DNA of 64,000 bases, from NCBI GenBank assembly GCA_963828445.1, contig CAWHFP010000014.1, forward strand, positions 37,565 through 101,564, in the 5' to 3' direction. This DNA comes from an uncultured Actinomycetes bacterium (GTDB taxonomy: Bacteria > Actinomycetota > Actinomycetes > Streptosporangiales > Streptosporangiaceae). Positions 23,912 through 34,390 of the stretch are shown one piece after another. The translations under genes and the position numbers were made by a program. The notes under the pieces were generated by a model that had not been told where the DNA came from, did no database searches, and saw nothing but the letters and a program-made list of their open reading frames with translations. Within the stretch, counting starts at the first letter, position 1; every line of letters begins with the position of its first letter.

Positions 23912-24225
23912 CCACTCCGCTCACCCTCTCCACCGACCAGCGGCCGGACGGTACCGCCGTGCTGACCGCCGTCGGCGAGATCGACATGAGCAACGCCGGC
24001 CAGTTGCGGGACGCTCTCGATCGGGCCGGTGGCAGCGAGCTGATCATCGACCTCACGTCGTGCGAGTACCTGGACAGCGCGGGCCTGACCGTGCTGTTCG
24101 CCCACGCGGATCACATCGAGCTGGTGGCCGCCCCGCTGCTGGTCCCGGTGCTCAAGATCTCCGGCCTGTCCCAGCTCACCCAGATCCGCCAGTCCGGCCC
24201 CGGAGCCGACGCCGCCGCCCAGTGA
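23908..24225 (+). CDS. STAS-domain anti-sigma-factor antagonist (RsbV/SpoIIAA-like)
   Basis: The ATG overlaps the upstream stop (ATGA). MTTPLTLSTDQRPDGTAVLTAVGEIDMSNAGQLRDAL...DLTSCEYLDSAGLTVL. Confidence 0.85.
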   Translation: MTTPLTLSTDQRPDGTAVLTAVGEIDMSNAGQLRDALDRAGGSELIIDLTSCEYLDSAGLTVLFAHADHIELVAAPLLVPVLKISGLSQLTQIRQSGPGADAAAQ

Positions 24226-24251
24226 GCCGGCCCGTATCCGCCCGCCGTTCC

Positions 24252-25203
24252 TTAGGCCGCGCGCCGGGCTGTGATGGCCAGCCGCGGTCGCTTCTGCCCG
24301 GCGACCAGCGCGGCCCGGATCTGCTCCACCACCTCCTGCGGGGCCGTCCGGATCCGCGCCGGGGTGAAGTGCAGCAGCAGGATTCCGTGGGCCACCAGCC
24401 GGTCGTGCCGCTGCATCGTCTTCTGCCAGTCCTCGGCCGAGTAGTGGTAAGCCCGCGAGTCCACCTCGGCCACCACCCCCGCTTCCTCCCACCAGGCGTC
24501 GGCCACCGCGAGCAGGCTCGTCCCCGTGTACAGTCGCGCGTTGAACACCGGCATCGGCATTTGCTCGTTCTTGAGCAGCGCCCTCAAGTCCCCCTCCGGC
24601 AACGACCGGATCCCGGCCCGCACCTCCGCTAAGGCCGCTCGGAAGGGTGCCGAGCCGGCCGTCGGCCCCTGTTCCAGCTCGGCTTCCAGCAGCGCGGCCG
24701 AGCACCGCTCCCGCTGAATCGCCTGCGCCACCAGAGCTCTCAGCTCCCGCGCCGAGATCATGGTCCGCGCCGCGTCCGCCACCGCCCGCGCGACCAGCAC
24801 GTAACTGATTTATCCGTCCACACATACCTCGCGGGGCGTCCGGTGCTGTGCCGGATGCGGACGAATCCGGTGCTCTGACGGCGCACGCTCGCCGGCACCA
24901 CCACGTCGACCAGGCCAGTGTCCGGTACGACCAAGCCGTGCCGCCGCGCCGCCGCCAGCCCGTCAGCGCACCCTGCGGCCCGGCGTGCAGCAGCGCGGCC
25001 ATCTCCCGCTGCCTGGCCGAGGCCGGACCGGTCATAGCCAGGTAGACCCCGGGCACCAGCTTCTGCCACGGTCCGCCTCGCCGGAGGCGGTGTTCGAGCA
25101 TCTTGCCGGTGAGGCCGCACTCACGAGCTTGCCCGCGCGCTATGACCTTGTGCTGGATGAGGAGAAGCCGCCGAAGCCTGTCCTGATCAATCCCTGATCC
25201 CAC
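24252..25203 (-). CDS. AbiEi_4-like N-terminal domain / DUF559-type endonuclease-like protein, frame broken twice
   Basis: Three frames read in series. Frame 1: LLIQHKVIARGQARECGLTGKMLEHRLRRGGPWQKLVPGVYLAMTGPASARQREMAALLHAGP. Frame 2: RRHGLVVPDTGLVDVVVPASVRRQSTGFVRIRHSTGRPARYVWTD. Frame 3: LVARAVADAARTM...AEVDSRAYHYSAEDWQKTMQRHDRLVAHGILLLHFTPARI. Confidence 0.6.
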
Positions 25204-25344
25204 GCCTCCACCATGCGCCCACCCCCGACAATCCGGCGACTCCACGGGGCGCGAATGCGCATTTGCACCCACCCCGCTGGGTGCGAATGCGCATTTGCTC
25301 CCCCTCGCACGTACTGCCCTCGGCGTACTGGGAGTTGGGTGCGG

Positions 25345-27060
25345 TCAGTGGGACTCGCGGTTTACCTCGTCGCCGCTGGCGCCGCGCAGGAAGTCCAGGT
25401 CGGCACCGGTCTCGGCGCCCTGCACGCTGTTGACGTAGAGCAGCTCCCAGCCCCGGCGCGGCCTGGCCACCGCGTCCGCCATGGCCTGCGCGACCGGCCG
25501 CTCGGCCAGTTCGTCGTCGCTGAGCTCGACGTCGACCCGGCGCCCGGGCACGTCGAGCACGATCCAGTCGCCGGTCCGGATCCGGCTCAGCGGGCCACCC
25601 GTCGCACCCTCGGGCGAGACGTGCAGGACCACGGTCCCGTAGGCGGTGCCGCTCATCCGCCCGTCGCAGATGCGCACCATGTCGCGGACGCCCTCCCGCA
25701 GCAGCTTGGCCGGCATCGGCATGTTCGACACCTCGGGCATGCCCGGGTAGCCCTTGGGACCGCAGCCCCGCAGGACCAGCACCGAGTCGGCGTCCACCTC
25801 GAGGTCCTCGTCGTCCAGCCGGCTGTGCAGGTCCTCGATCGAGTCGAACACCACCGCCCGCCCGCGGTGCTGCAGCAGCTGCGGCGACGCGGCGGCCGGC
25901 TTGATGACCGCCCCGTTCGGGGCCAGGTTGCCGCGCAGCACGGCGATACCGGCCGCGTCCTGCACCGGCTCGTTCCGGACCGCGATCACCTCGCGGTCCC
26001 AGATCTGGGCGTCGCTCAGGTAGTCGGTCAGCGGCTTGCCGGTCATGGTCAGCGCGGACGGGTCCAGCAGGTCCCTGACCTCGCGCAGCACCGCCAGCAG
26101 GCCGCCGGCCCGGTGGAAGTCCTCCATCAGGAACTGCCCGGCCGGCTGCAGGTTGACCAGCAGCGGCACCTCGGACCCGATCCGGTCGAAGTCGTCCAGC
26201 GTGAGCGGGATGCCCAGCCGGCCCGCGATGGCCAGCAGGTGCACCACGGCGTTGGTCGACCCGCCCAGCGCGGCCAGGGCGACGATCGCGTTGTGGAACG
26301 ACGCCGCCGACAGCACCTGGCTGGGCCGCCGCTGGGACTGCACCATCTCCACCGCCAGCACCCCGGTTTCGTGCGCCTGGGCCAGCAGCCGGCTGTCCGG
26401 GGCCGGCAGCCCGGCCGTGCCGGGCAGGGTCGTGCCCAGCACCTCCGACAGCAGCCCCATCGTGGAGGCGGTGCCCATGGTGTTGCAGTGGCCCTTGCTC
26501 CGGATCATCGCCGATTCCGAGGCGGTGAAGTCGGCCTGGGACAGCTTGCCCGCCCGCACGTCCTCACTGAGCCGCCACACGTCGGTCCCGCAGCCCAGCG
26601 GCTGGCCGCGGAACGTTCCGGTCAGCATCGGGCCGCCCGGCACCACCACCGCGGGCAGGTCGACCGAGGCCGCCCCCATCAGCAGGGACGGGATGGTCTT
26701 GTCGCAGCCGCCGAGCAGCACCACCCCGTCGATGGGGTTACCCCGGATCATCTCCTCGATGGCCATGGCGGCCATGTTCCGCCACAGCATCGCGGTCGGC
26801 CGGAGGTTGGTCTCGCCCAGTCCCACCACCGGCATGTCCAGCGGGACCCCGCCCGCTGCCCAGATCCCGGCGGCCACGTGCTGACCGACCTCGGTCAGGT
26901 GCCGGTTGCAGGGCACCAGGTCCGAGGCGGTGTTGGCGATGGCGATCTGGGGGCGGCCCCGGAACGCGGAATCCGGCAGCCCCCGGCGCATCCAGGCCCG
27001 ATGCAGGTAGCCGTCCTTGTTGTCGCCGCCGTACCAGTGGTTGCTGCGCAGATCCGTCAT
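25345..27060 (-). CDS. IlvD/Edd-family dehydratase (sugar-acid dehydratase type)
   Basis: ATG at 27060: MTDLRSNHWYGGDNKDGYLHRAWMRRGLP...LLGGCDKTIPSLLMGAAS...SKGHCNTMGTASTM... Confidence 0.9.
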   Translation of the reverse strand: MTDLRSNHWYGGDNKDGYLHRAWMRRGLPDSAFRGRPQIAIANTASDLVPCNRHLTEVGQHVAAGIWAAGGVPLDMPVVGLGETNLRPTAMLWRNMAAMAIEEMIRGNPIDGVVLLGGCDKTIPSLLMGAASVDLPAVVVPGGPMLTGTFRGQPLGCGTDVWRLSEDVRAGKLSQADFTASESAMIRSKGHCNTMGTASTMGLLSEVLGTTLPGTAGLPAPDSRLLAQAHETGVLAVEMVQSQRRPSQVLSAASFHNAIVALAALGGSTNAVVHLLAIAGRLGIPLTLDDFDRIGSEVPLLVNLQPAGQFLMEDFHRAGGLLAVLREVRDLLDPSALTMTGKPLTDYLSDAQIWDREVIAVRNEPVQDAAGIAVLRGNLAPNGAVIKPAAASPQLLQHRGRAVVFDSIEDLHSRLDDEDLEVDADSVLVLRGCGPKGYPGMPEVSNMPMPAKLLREGVRDMVRICDGRMSGTAYGTVVLHVSPEGATGGPLSRIRTGDWIVLDVPGRRVDVELSDDELAERPVAQAMADAVARPRRGWELLYVNSVQGAETGADLDFLRGASGDEVNRESH

Positions 27061-27148
27061 CGTTTCGCCGCTCCCGGCCTGTCGCTCTAATATGCGGAAC
27101 GAAATGGACGTTACCCCTGCCCACGACGCGCGGACCAGGTAGCCCGGC

Positions 27149-28160
27149 GTGCGCGCGTTCGTCATCACCGGTCCCGGCCAGGCCGAAGTCCGCGACCTTG
27201 AGCCGCCCGAGCCCGGTCCGGGTCAGGTGGTGGTGGACGTGGAGCGGGCCGGGGTCTGCGGTACCGACGTCGAGTTCTACACCGGCCACATGGTGTACCT
27301 GCGCACCGGTGAGGCCCGCTACCCGGTCCGGATCGGGCACGAGTGGTGCGGCCGGGTGATCCGGGCCGGCGACGAGGACAGCGCATCCTGGGTCGGCCAG
27401 CGGGTCACCGGGGACACCATGCTCGGCTGCGGGCACTGCCACCGCTGCCGGAGCGGCCGCCAGCATCTGTGTGCGGACCGGTTCGAGATCGGGATCCGGG
27501 GCGGCTGGCCCGGCGCCCTGGCCGAGCAGCTCCTGGTCCCGGCCTCATCGCTGCTGCCGCTCCCGGACGCCATCGGCGCCACCGCCGGGGCCCTGGTCGA
27601 GCCGGGCGGCAACGCGCTCCGCGCGGTCCGGGCCGCGCAGGTCGCTCGCGGGCCAGCGCGTCCTGGTCATGGGCCCCGGCACGATAGGCCTGCTCAGCGC
27701 CCTGATCGCCCGTTCCCGGGGCGCCGACGTGCACCTGCTGGGCCAGGACGACCGGTCGCTGCGGTTCGCCCGCCGCCTCGGCTTCGATCAGGCCTGGGTC
27801 CGCGACACCCTGCCGGGCGGCACATTCGACGCCATCATCGACGCCTCCACCGGCCGTGAGCTGCCCGCGCTGGCCACCGAGCTGGTCGAGCCGGGCGGCC
27901 GGATCGGCTACATCGGCCTGTCATCCGAGCCCAGCCTGATCGACACCCGGACCCTGGTCCTCAAGGACGTCACCGCCACCGGCGTGCTCAGCGCGTCCGG
28001 CGGCCTGGCCGAGACCATCGCCCTCTACGCCGACGGCGCCGTCGATCCCGAGCCCATCGTCGCCGCCACCGTGGGGCTGGCCGAGGCGGCCACCGTGCTG
28101 GCCGGCCGCCGGCCCCCCGAATGGGGCGACGCCCCCAAGGTGCACATCGACCCTGCTTGC
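27149..28160 (+). CDS. Zinc-type medium-chain alcohol/polyol dehydrogenase, frame broken near 27645; 3' end uncertain
   Basis: VERAGVCGTDVEFYTG...GHEWCGRVI...GCGHCHRCRSGRQHLC, then in another frame GQRVLVMGPGTIGLLSALIARSRGADV...PKVHIDP. No in-frame stop occurs at the expected end. Confidence 0.7.
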
Positions 28161-28295
28161 TTACCCCCACTCGCTCCGGGCGCTCAAGGCGCCGTCTTCC
28201 CTCGTCGCTCTGGCCTCGTTCCTCGGCCATCGCTCCTCAGTCCAGACGGCGCCGCGCCCTTCGCTCGCGGGGCCCCGGAAGTGACCTTCGATAAA

Positions 28296-28838
28296 TTATT
28301 CGGCTTGCAGGGCGGCGCGGCGGGCGGCGGCAACGGGCTGGCGGGGATCCGGGGCGGGCAGCTCGGCGGCCAGCCGCTCGAACACGGCCAGGTCGTCCCG
28401 GCCCGGGTCGCGCTGGCTGTACTCCCACAGGGCGTCGACGTCGCCCCGGTCGAGCACGGCGTGCCGCAGCGCCGCCCCCAGCTCGTCGCGTTCGACCCGG
28501 ATGGCGGGCGCCTCGGACCGGGCCAGCAGCGGCGCCCGGCCCGCGGCCAGCGCGGCCCGCAGGTCCCCGTCCCGCAGCGCGGCCCGGGCGGTCAGGAAGT
28601 CCGCCTCGACCTCGGCCCGCCATCTTGCGCAGCAGCGGTATCACCGATACAAGGGGTGGGCCGAGCGGACATCGGCCACGTCGTCCGGGGCGTAGACCGT
28701 GGGCGGCCGGTAGTCGTCGGGGTCGACGTGCGCGGCCAGCGACCGGCGCCAGGAATCGGCGATCAGCGAGCGTGCCGGAACCCGGGCCCGGCTTCCGCTC
28801 AGTTCGGCTTCGTATGTCTGCTTCAGCACACGGAACTG
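28296..28838 (-). pseudogene. Degraded regulator-like gene (N-terminus resembles GAF/HTH acetoin/aldehyde-type regulators)
   Basis: VLKQTYEAELSGSRARVPARSLIADSWRRSLAAHVDPDDYRPP...RSAHPL. The frame is then lost. A third frame reads WRAEVEADFLTARAALRDGDL...AARRAALQAE* and ends at 28296. It is far shorter than an intact family member. Confidence 0.35.
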
Positions 28839-28882
28839 CAGACGGGGGTCCGTCGTCGGGCTCTCGGCCGGCCGAGGCCGGA

Positions 28883-29243
28883 CGGGTAGATGTTTCCGAG
28901 GCCGCGGCTGACATGCTGCGGCAACTGACCGAGCAGCACGGGCCGCTGATGTTCCATCAGTCCGGTGGCTGCTGTGACGGCAGCTCACCGATGTGCTACC
29001 CGGACGGCGAGTTCCGCACCGGCCACTCGGACGTGCACCTGGGCGATGTCATCGACGGCATCGAAAGCCGATCGGCTTCTGGATGTCGGCTTCGGGTACT
29101 GGAGCCACACCCACCTGACCGTCGACCTGGTCAAGGGCCGGGGCAGCGGTTTCTCGCTGGAGGCTCCGGAGGGGTTCCGGTTTATGATCCGGTCCCGCCT
29201 CTTCACCGAGGAAGAGCTGACCGACCTGGTCGCCGTCAGCTAA
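28883..29243 (+). pseudogene. DUF779-family gene lacking a start codon and frameshifted near 29060
   Basis: RVDVSEAAADMLRQLTEQHGPLMFHQSGGCCDGSSPMCYPDGEFRTGHSDVHLGDV, then in another frame GYWSHTHLTVDLVKGRGSGFSLEAPEGFRFMIRSRLFTEEE. There is no ATG/GTG/TTG just upstream of RVDV. Confidence 0.6.
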
Positions 29244-29365
29244 CTGATTTCCACCAATCCCCCCGCCCCGGTTTCCCGTAAGAAGACTGAGCGACGGGTG
29301 ACCGGCCGGCCCCTGGCGCGGGCACGCGCGAACGCGCGTGCTGTCGCGAGCCAAGGAGACAGGCA

Positions 29366-30490
29366 ATGGGCAGGGGATCAATAACCAAACGCCTGGCGGC
29401 AGTGGTCGCCGGGGCCACGGCGGCCGTGCTGGCGGGAGTCCTTCCCGCGACGGCCGGGACCAGTGGACGCAGCTCTTTCACCGGCTTCATCGGCGGCCTG
29501 AAGCAGGCCACGGTGGCCAGCACCATTCCGGCCAACGGAGACGTCAACCCGTACGGAGTGGCGGTCGTGCCGCGCAGCGACGGCCGGCTGACCGCCGGGG
29601 ACGTACTGGTCAGCAACTTCAACAACGCCGCCAACCAGCAGGGCCGGGGCACCACCATCGTCGAGGTCTCCCCGCGCGGGAAGCAGCGGCTGTTCGCCCA
29701 GATCCCCGGGTCGACCGAGCCGGGTGGAGTGGGGCTCACCACCGCGCTGGTGGCGCTGCGCTCGGGCTGGGTGATCGTGGGCAGCCTGCCGACCGCCGAC
29801 GGTTCGGCGGCCACGGCCGGGCCGGGTGAGCTGTTCGTACTCGACCCCGGGGGCCGGGTCCGGGAGGTCATCCGGGGTTACGGCATCGACGGCCCGTGGG
29901 ACGCGACCGCTCTGGACCTGGGTGCGGTGGCCGACCTGTTCGTCAGCAACGTGCTGACCGGCATCAATGGTGGCCAGCCGTCCAGCACCACCCGCGGCAA
30001 CGTGGTCCGGCTGACGCTGAGCCTGACCGGCGCGGAGCCCCGGGTGGTGGCCAGCACGGTCATCGCCACCGGGATCTCCGTGCACACCGACCCGGCGGCC
30101 CTGGTCGTCGGGCCCACCGGTCTGGCGCTGGGCCGGGACGGGACGTTGTTCGTGGCGGACACCGTCAACTCCCGTATCGCCCGGGTGCCCGACGCGGTGT
30201 TCCGGCACCGCGCGGTCAACGCGGGGGCGGCCGCGGCCACGGTGTCCGCCGATCCGCACCTCAACGGCCCGCTCGGGCTGGCCATCGCCCCGGGCGGTGA
30301 CCTGCTGGCCGCCAACGGTGGAGACAACAACCTGGTCGAGCTGACCCAGCAGGGGAGCTTCGTGGCGGTCCGGAACCTCGACACCGCCGATCCGCCCGGT
30401 GGTGCCCTGTTCGGCCTGGCCACCACGGCCTACCCGCACCAGGTCTACTTCGTCAACGACGACACCAACACCCTGAACGCACTGCGCTGA
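29366..30490 (+). CDS. Secreted NHL-repeat/beta-propeller-like protein
   Basis: Signal peptide MGRGSITKRLAAVVAGATAAVLAGVLPATAG. Repeated motifs of the type GPxGLAxxxDGTLFVAD / NNLVEL. Confidence 0.7.
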   Translation: MGRGSITKRLAAVVAGATAAVLAGVLPATAGTSGRSSFTGFIGGLKQATVASTIPANGDVNPYGVAVVPRSDGRLTAGDVLVSNFNNAANQQGRGTTIVEVSPRGKQRLFAQIPGSTEPGGVGLTTALVALRSGWVIVGSLPTADGSAATAGPGELFVLDPGGRVREVIRGYGIDGPWDATALDLGAVADLFVSNVLTGINGGQPSSTTRGNVVRLTLSLTGAEPRVVASTVIATGISVHTDPAALVVGPTGLALGRDGTLFVADTVNSRIARVPDAVFRHRAVNAGAAAATVSADPHLNGPLGLAIAPGGDLLAANGGDNNLVELTQQGSFVAVRNLDTADPPGGALFGLATTAYPHQVYFVNDDTNTLNALR

Positions 30491-30560
30491 CGCAAGCGTG
30501 GTGACCGCTGCCGACGGCCTGAGGGGGGCCGTCGGCGGCGACACGTCAGGACGGAGCCGA

Positions 30561-32040
30561 TCAGGGCGGAGACGAGCCGCGCTTACGTTCCTGGGCGACC
30601 ACCTCGTCCAGGTCCTTGAGCCGGGCCGCACCCTGGACCTGGCGGCTCATCCGCGGGTTGCTGGCGAACTGGTCGGCGTGCCGGTCGATGAAGGCCCAGT
30701 AGCCCGCGGTGAACGGGCAGGCGTCCTCGCCGACCCGGACCGACGGGCGGTACCGGCAGTCGCCGCAGTAGTCGCTCATGCGGTTGATGTAGGCCCCGCC
30801 GCCCGCGTACGGCTTGGTGGCCATCAGGCCGCCGTCGGCGTGCTGGGACATGCCGACCACGTTGGGCACCATCACCCAGTCGTAGCCGTCGACGAAGTTG
30901 GTGTGGAACCAGTCGGTGACCTCGGCCGGGTTCCAGCCGCGCTGCAACGCGTAGTTGCCCAGGACCATCAGCCGGATGATGTGGTGGGCGTAGCCGTGCT
31001 CGCGAACCTGGGCCAGCGCGTCGGACAGGCACCGGGCCTGCACCGTGTCCGCGTCCAGGCCGGTGAACCAGTCCGGCAGCGTGCGCCGGGCCCGCAGCTG
31101 GTTGCGGTGCCGGTAGCCGTCGCCGAAGTGCCAGTACAGGTGCCAGACGTAGTCCCGCCAGCCGATGATCTGCCGGGTGAAGCCCTCCACGCTGCCGATC
31201 GGGGCGTCGCCGTCCCGGTAGGCCTGCTCGGCGGCCCGCACACACTCCAGCGGGTCGAGCAGGCCCAGGTTCAGCGCCGGGGACAGGTGGCTGTGGGCCA
31301 GCACGGGATCGTCGGCCAGCATGGCGTCCTGCTGGGGCCCGAAGGCGGCCAGCCGGTCGCGGACGAAGGCGCGCAGCGAGGCCAGCGCCTCCCTCCTGGT
31401 CACCGGGAACTCCAGCGGTCCGTCCTGCCCGGTGAACCGGACGTCTCCGGCCTTTTCCCAGGCGTCCAGGTCGTGCCGGACCTCGCTGGTCGATGTCATC
31501 CTCGGCCGGCCGCCTGGGCGGCGGCACGTTCAGGCCACCCTCGGGCGGCGGCTCGCGGTTCTCGTGGTCGAAGTTCCACCGGCCGCCGGCCGGGTCGTCC
31601 CCGTCCATCAGGACGCGGAGGCGTACGCGGGCGTCGCGGTAGAAGTCTTCCAGCAACAGGCGGCGCCGGCCGCGGCCCTGGGCCCAGGCCTGGAACTCCT
31701 CGGCACTGGTCGCGAACCCGCGCGAGGGCAGGACCGTCGTGCGGGCGAGGCTGCGCACGAAGCGGTCGGCGGCGAAGCTGGTCGGGCCGCACACGGTCAG
31801 CTCCTGGCTGGGCTTGCTGCAGGGCCTCGCGGTAGGTGCTGGCCTGGATGAACTGGGCCTGGTCGCCTAGTTCGGCGGCCCGGTGCCGGAGGGCGGACAG
31901 GACCAGGTGGGCCTTGCGCCGGTGCACGCGGGCGGCGGGCGAAGGCCGCCTTGGACTCGATGAGCAGGACCGGCTGGTCCTTGTCGTCCAGGAAGTGGGG
32001 CCCGAGCTGGTCGGCGAACAGCCAGCGCCTGGGGTGCCGT
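30561..32040 (-). CDS. Cryptochrome/photolyase-family protein (FeS-BCP/CryB type), at least 3 frame breaks
   Basis: Pieces in series: RRWLFADQLGPHFLDDKDQPVLLIESKAAF; HRRKAHLVLSALRHRAAELG; FAADRFVRS...LLLEDFYRDARVRLRVLMDGD..GGRWNFDHEN; then ORF 30561-31499 with FTRQIIGWRDYVWHLYWH...YAHHIIRLMVLGNYA...MSDYCGDCRY (Cys cluster). Confidence 0.75.
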
Positions 32041-32049
32041 GGTCCGGTG

Positions 32050-33298
32050 GGGCGTAGGAATAGCGGTCTCCGGAGGCCAGGAACTCGCGGGCGGCCCGGG
32101 TTCCGGACGCCATCGCCCCCTGCACCGAGCCGGTGGCCCGGTGGTCGCCGCACACGTAGCGGCCCGGGCTGATCCGGGTCGGCTGGCTGAGCGGGTGCGG
32201 GGCGGGCATGGCCGGCAGGGCGCCCGGGATCGCGTAGCTGGCCAGGTGTTCCCAGCCCGCGGTGTCGGTGCCGTACAGCTCGGCCAGCCGGGCCCGCACC
32301 TCGGGCTCCCGGCCGCTGGCGTCGCCCAGCACCGAGCTGGAGACCAGGGCCCGGCCTTCGGGGGCGAACGTGTCCGAGACCTCGGACAGCACCACGGTGT
32401 TGAGGATCTTGCGTTCGGTGTCCACCAGCAGGGTCGGCTCGGCCAGCGGCGACGACGGCGCCGCGTGGTAGAAGGTGGTCACGGTGCGGGTGGCCGGGAC
32501 GGGCAGCGCGCCCTCGAACAGCCGGCCCGCGTCGGCGGCCCCGGTGGCCACGATCACCGCTTGGGCCGGGATCTCGGTGCCGTCGGATGTCGCCACCCCG
32601 TCCTCGGTGAGACTGCCCACCGGCGTCTCCAGCTGGACGGTCCCGGCAGGCAGCTTGGCCGCGAGTTGCTCGGGCACGGCCTGGATCCCGCGCCGGGGCA
32701 GGCACAGCGTGCCCCGCAGCATGGTCCGCCAGACCAGGTGGAAGAAGCGGGCGCTCGTCTCCAGCTCGTCTTCCAGGAACACCCCGGCCAGGAACGGCCG
32801 GAAGAGCAGCTCGCACAGGTCCGGCGAGACGCCCGCCTCGGTCAGCGCCGCGAACGTGGTCCGGTCCGGCTGGTGCTTGATCAGCCCGACCGGCAGCAGC
32901 ATGTCACCGGCGCTCAGCCGGGCCAGCGCCAGCACGTCGGCCGGCCCGCCCAGCCGCCCCCGCAGCAGATCGGCGGCTCCGGCCGGCTGCCGGGTGGGAT
33001 CGGTGAACCGCACCCGCCGGTCACCCGCCTGCAGCAGCACCCCGGGCGTGAACGGCCGCAGCTGCAGGGCCTTTAGGTCGATCCGCCTTTTGACCTGCGG
33101 ATAGCTGGTATTGAACACCTGGAATCCGCGATCCAGCAGAAACCCCTGGCGTTGATCGGTGCGCATTCGCCCACCGACCGCGTCCGCTCCTTCGAGAATC
33201 TGCACCGGAACCCCGGCCGCGGTGAGGTCCAGCGCACAAGCCAGCCCGGCGACTCCGGCGCCCACGATGACCACCGGCGGTTGGGTGTGTGACGGCAT
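32050..33298 (-). CDS. NAD(P)/FAD-dependent oxidoreductase (amine-oxidase/desaturase fold); 3' end uncertain
   Basis: MPSHTQPPVVIVGAGVAGLACALDLTAAGVPVQILEGADAVGGRMRT... ...YVCGDHRATGSVQGAMASGTRAA. The reading frame runs on into the next gene with no stop. Confidence 0.8.
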
Positions 33299-33366
33299 GT
33301 GATGCTCCTACCCGGCCCGGCCCGGCCAACCCGGCCAGCTTCATCGGTTTGCGCTGGTCAATACTG

Positions 33367-34209
33367 ATGCTCGTGGCGCACGGTGGAATCGGCTGGTTCA
33401 CCAGCCGGGTGTTCACCCGGACCGGCCTGGACCAGCTGCCCGCTCATCTGGAGCAGCAGTACGGCATCACGGTGACCGGCGTGACCGAAGTGGAATCTCC
33501 CGTGTCAGTCTTGGATGATCAGGCGGTCCTGGTCACGGAGTTCGTTCCCCGGCGAGCGGGCCAGGGGCAATGGTCGGACCTACGCCATCCTGGGTGCCCT
33601 GCTGGGACGCGTGCACGCGCGGGGTCGGGGTGGCGACGGCTTGCCGCTGGGAGGTGGCTGGCACCACCTGACCCTGAGCGGCACCGCCGCCGACGAGATA
33701 AGGGTGGCACGGGCCTTGCTCGCGAAGCTCAAGTCGACCGCCAACCTGGCCGATCGCAGCGGGATCGCCTTCTTGGATGAGGCTTTGGAGGCGGCCGCAA
33801 CCACCACCGGGCTGCCTGAATCCTTCGTTCACCCGGACTTCGTCCCGGTCAACGCTATCTCGGGAGCTGAGGTTGACACGGGCGGCCCTGGCCTGACCAT
33901 TCTCGACTGGACCAACTCCGGCCGCGGCCCACGCGTATGGTCGCTGGGTTTCGTGTTGTGGGCGGCCGGAGCCCGCGACCCCCGCTTGGTCGACGCCTTC
34001 ATCTCCAGCTACCGCCGCCACGTCACCCTCACCGATGCGGAACTGGCCGCATTGCCGGTCGCCATCGCCGCTCGCCCCCTGACCATGTGCATCTGGTCCT
34101 TGGCGGTCGGCCGCCTTGAGCCCGCTCGAGCCGTGACGACGTTCGGGCCGCTGCCCAGCAGGCCCGTCAGATCGCCGCCTGGGCCCACCGGGCGCTACAA
34201 GCGGCCTAG
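33367..34209 (+). pseudogene. Aminoglycoside/choline-kinase-type phosphotransferase (APH family) remnant, frameshifted and N-lobe shortened
   Basis: LPAHLEQQYGITVTGVTEVE..., then LVTEFVPGERA...YAILGALLGRVHA...FVHPDFVPVNAI...ILDWTNSGRGPRVWSLGFVLW. The final frame reads DDVRAAAQQARQIAAWAHRALQAA* and ends at 34209. Confidence 0.55.
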
Positions 34210-34390
34210 TGCTCACGCCTCACAGGCAGGCACGACATCCCAGCGGCGATCAACTCTCCCGGTCACCGGCAGGGGCACGATTTAGCCCAGGGCTCCAACG
34301 CCCGGCTCTCGAGAGTGCTCACCTGCCGGCGGCCACCACACTCCGAGTCTGCCGCAACAGCGGACCCGTTAACTCTTATTAGCTCTCTGC

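Noticed and set aside
28160-28300. The unusual read-through after the Zn-ADH C-terminus (…PKVHIDP followed by 240 more codons to 28889) as a novel C-terminal extension.
   Set aside because: The extension is the antisense shadow of the minus-strand remnant gene and is compositionally non-coding. The missing stop is probably another indel or rearrangement artefact.
24802-29250. The identical AT-rich 10-mer TAACTGATTT at 24802-24811 and 29241-29250, considered as possible insertion-element ends or an engineered stop cassette.
   Set aside because: The flanks share no further similarity. The first copy lies inside a sensible coding stretch (…WTDKSVT…) and the second is simply the DUF779 stop codon plus its spacer. 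I treat it as coincidence.
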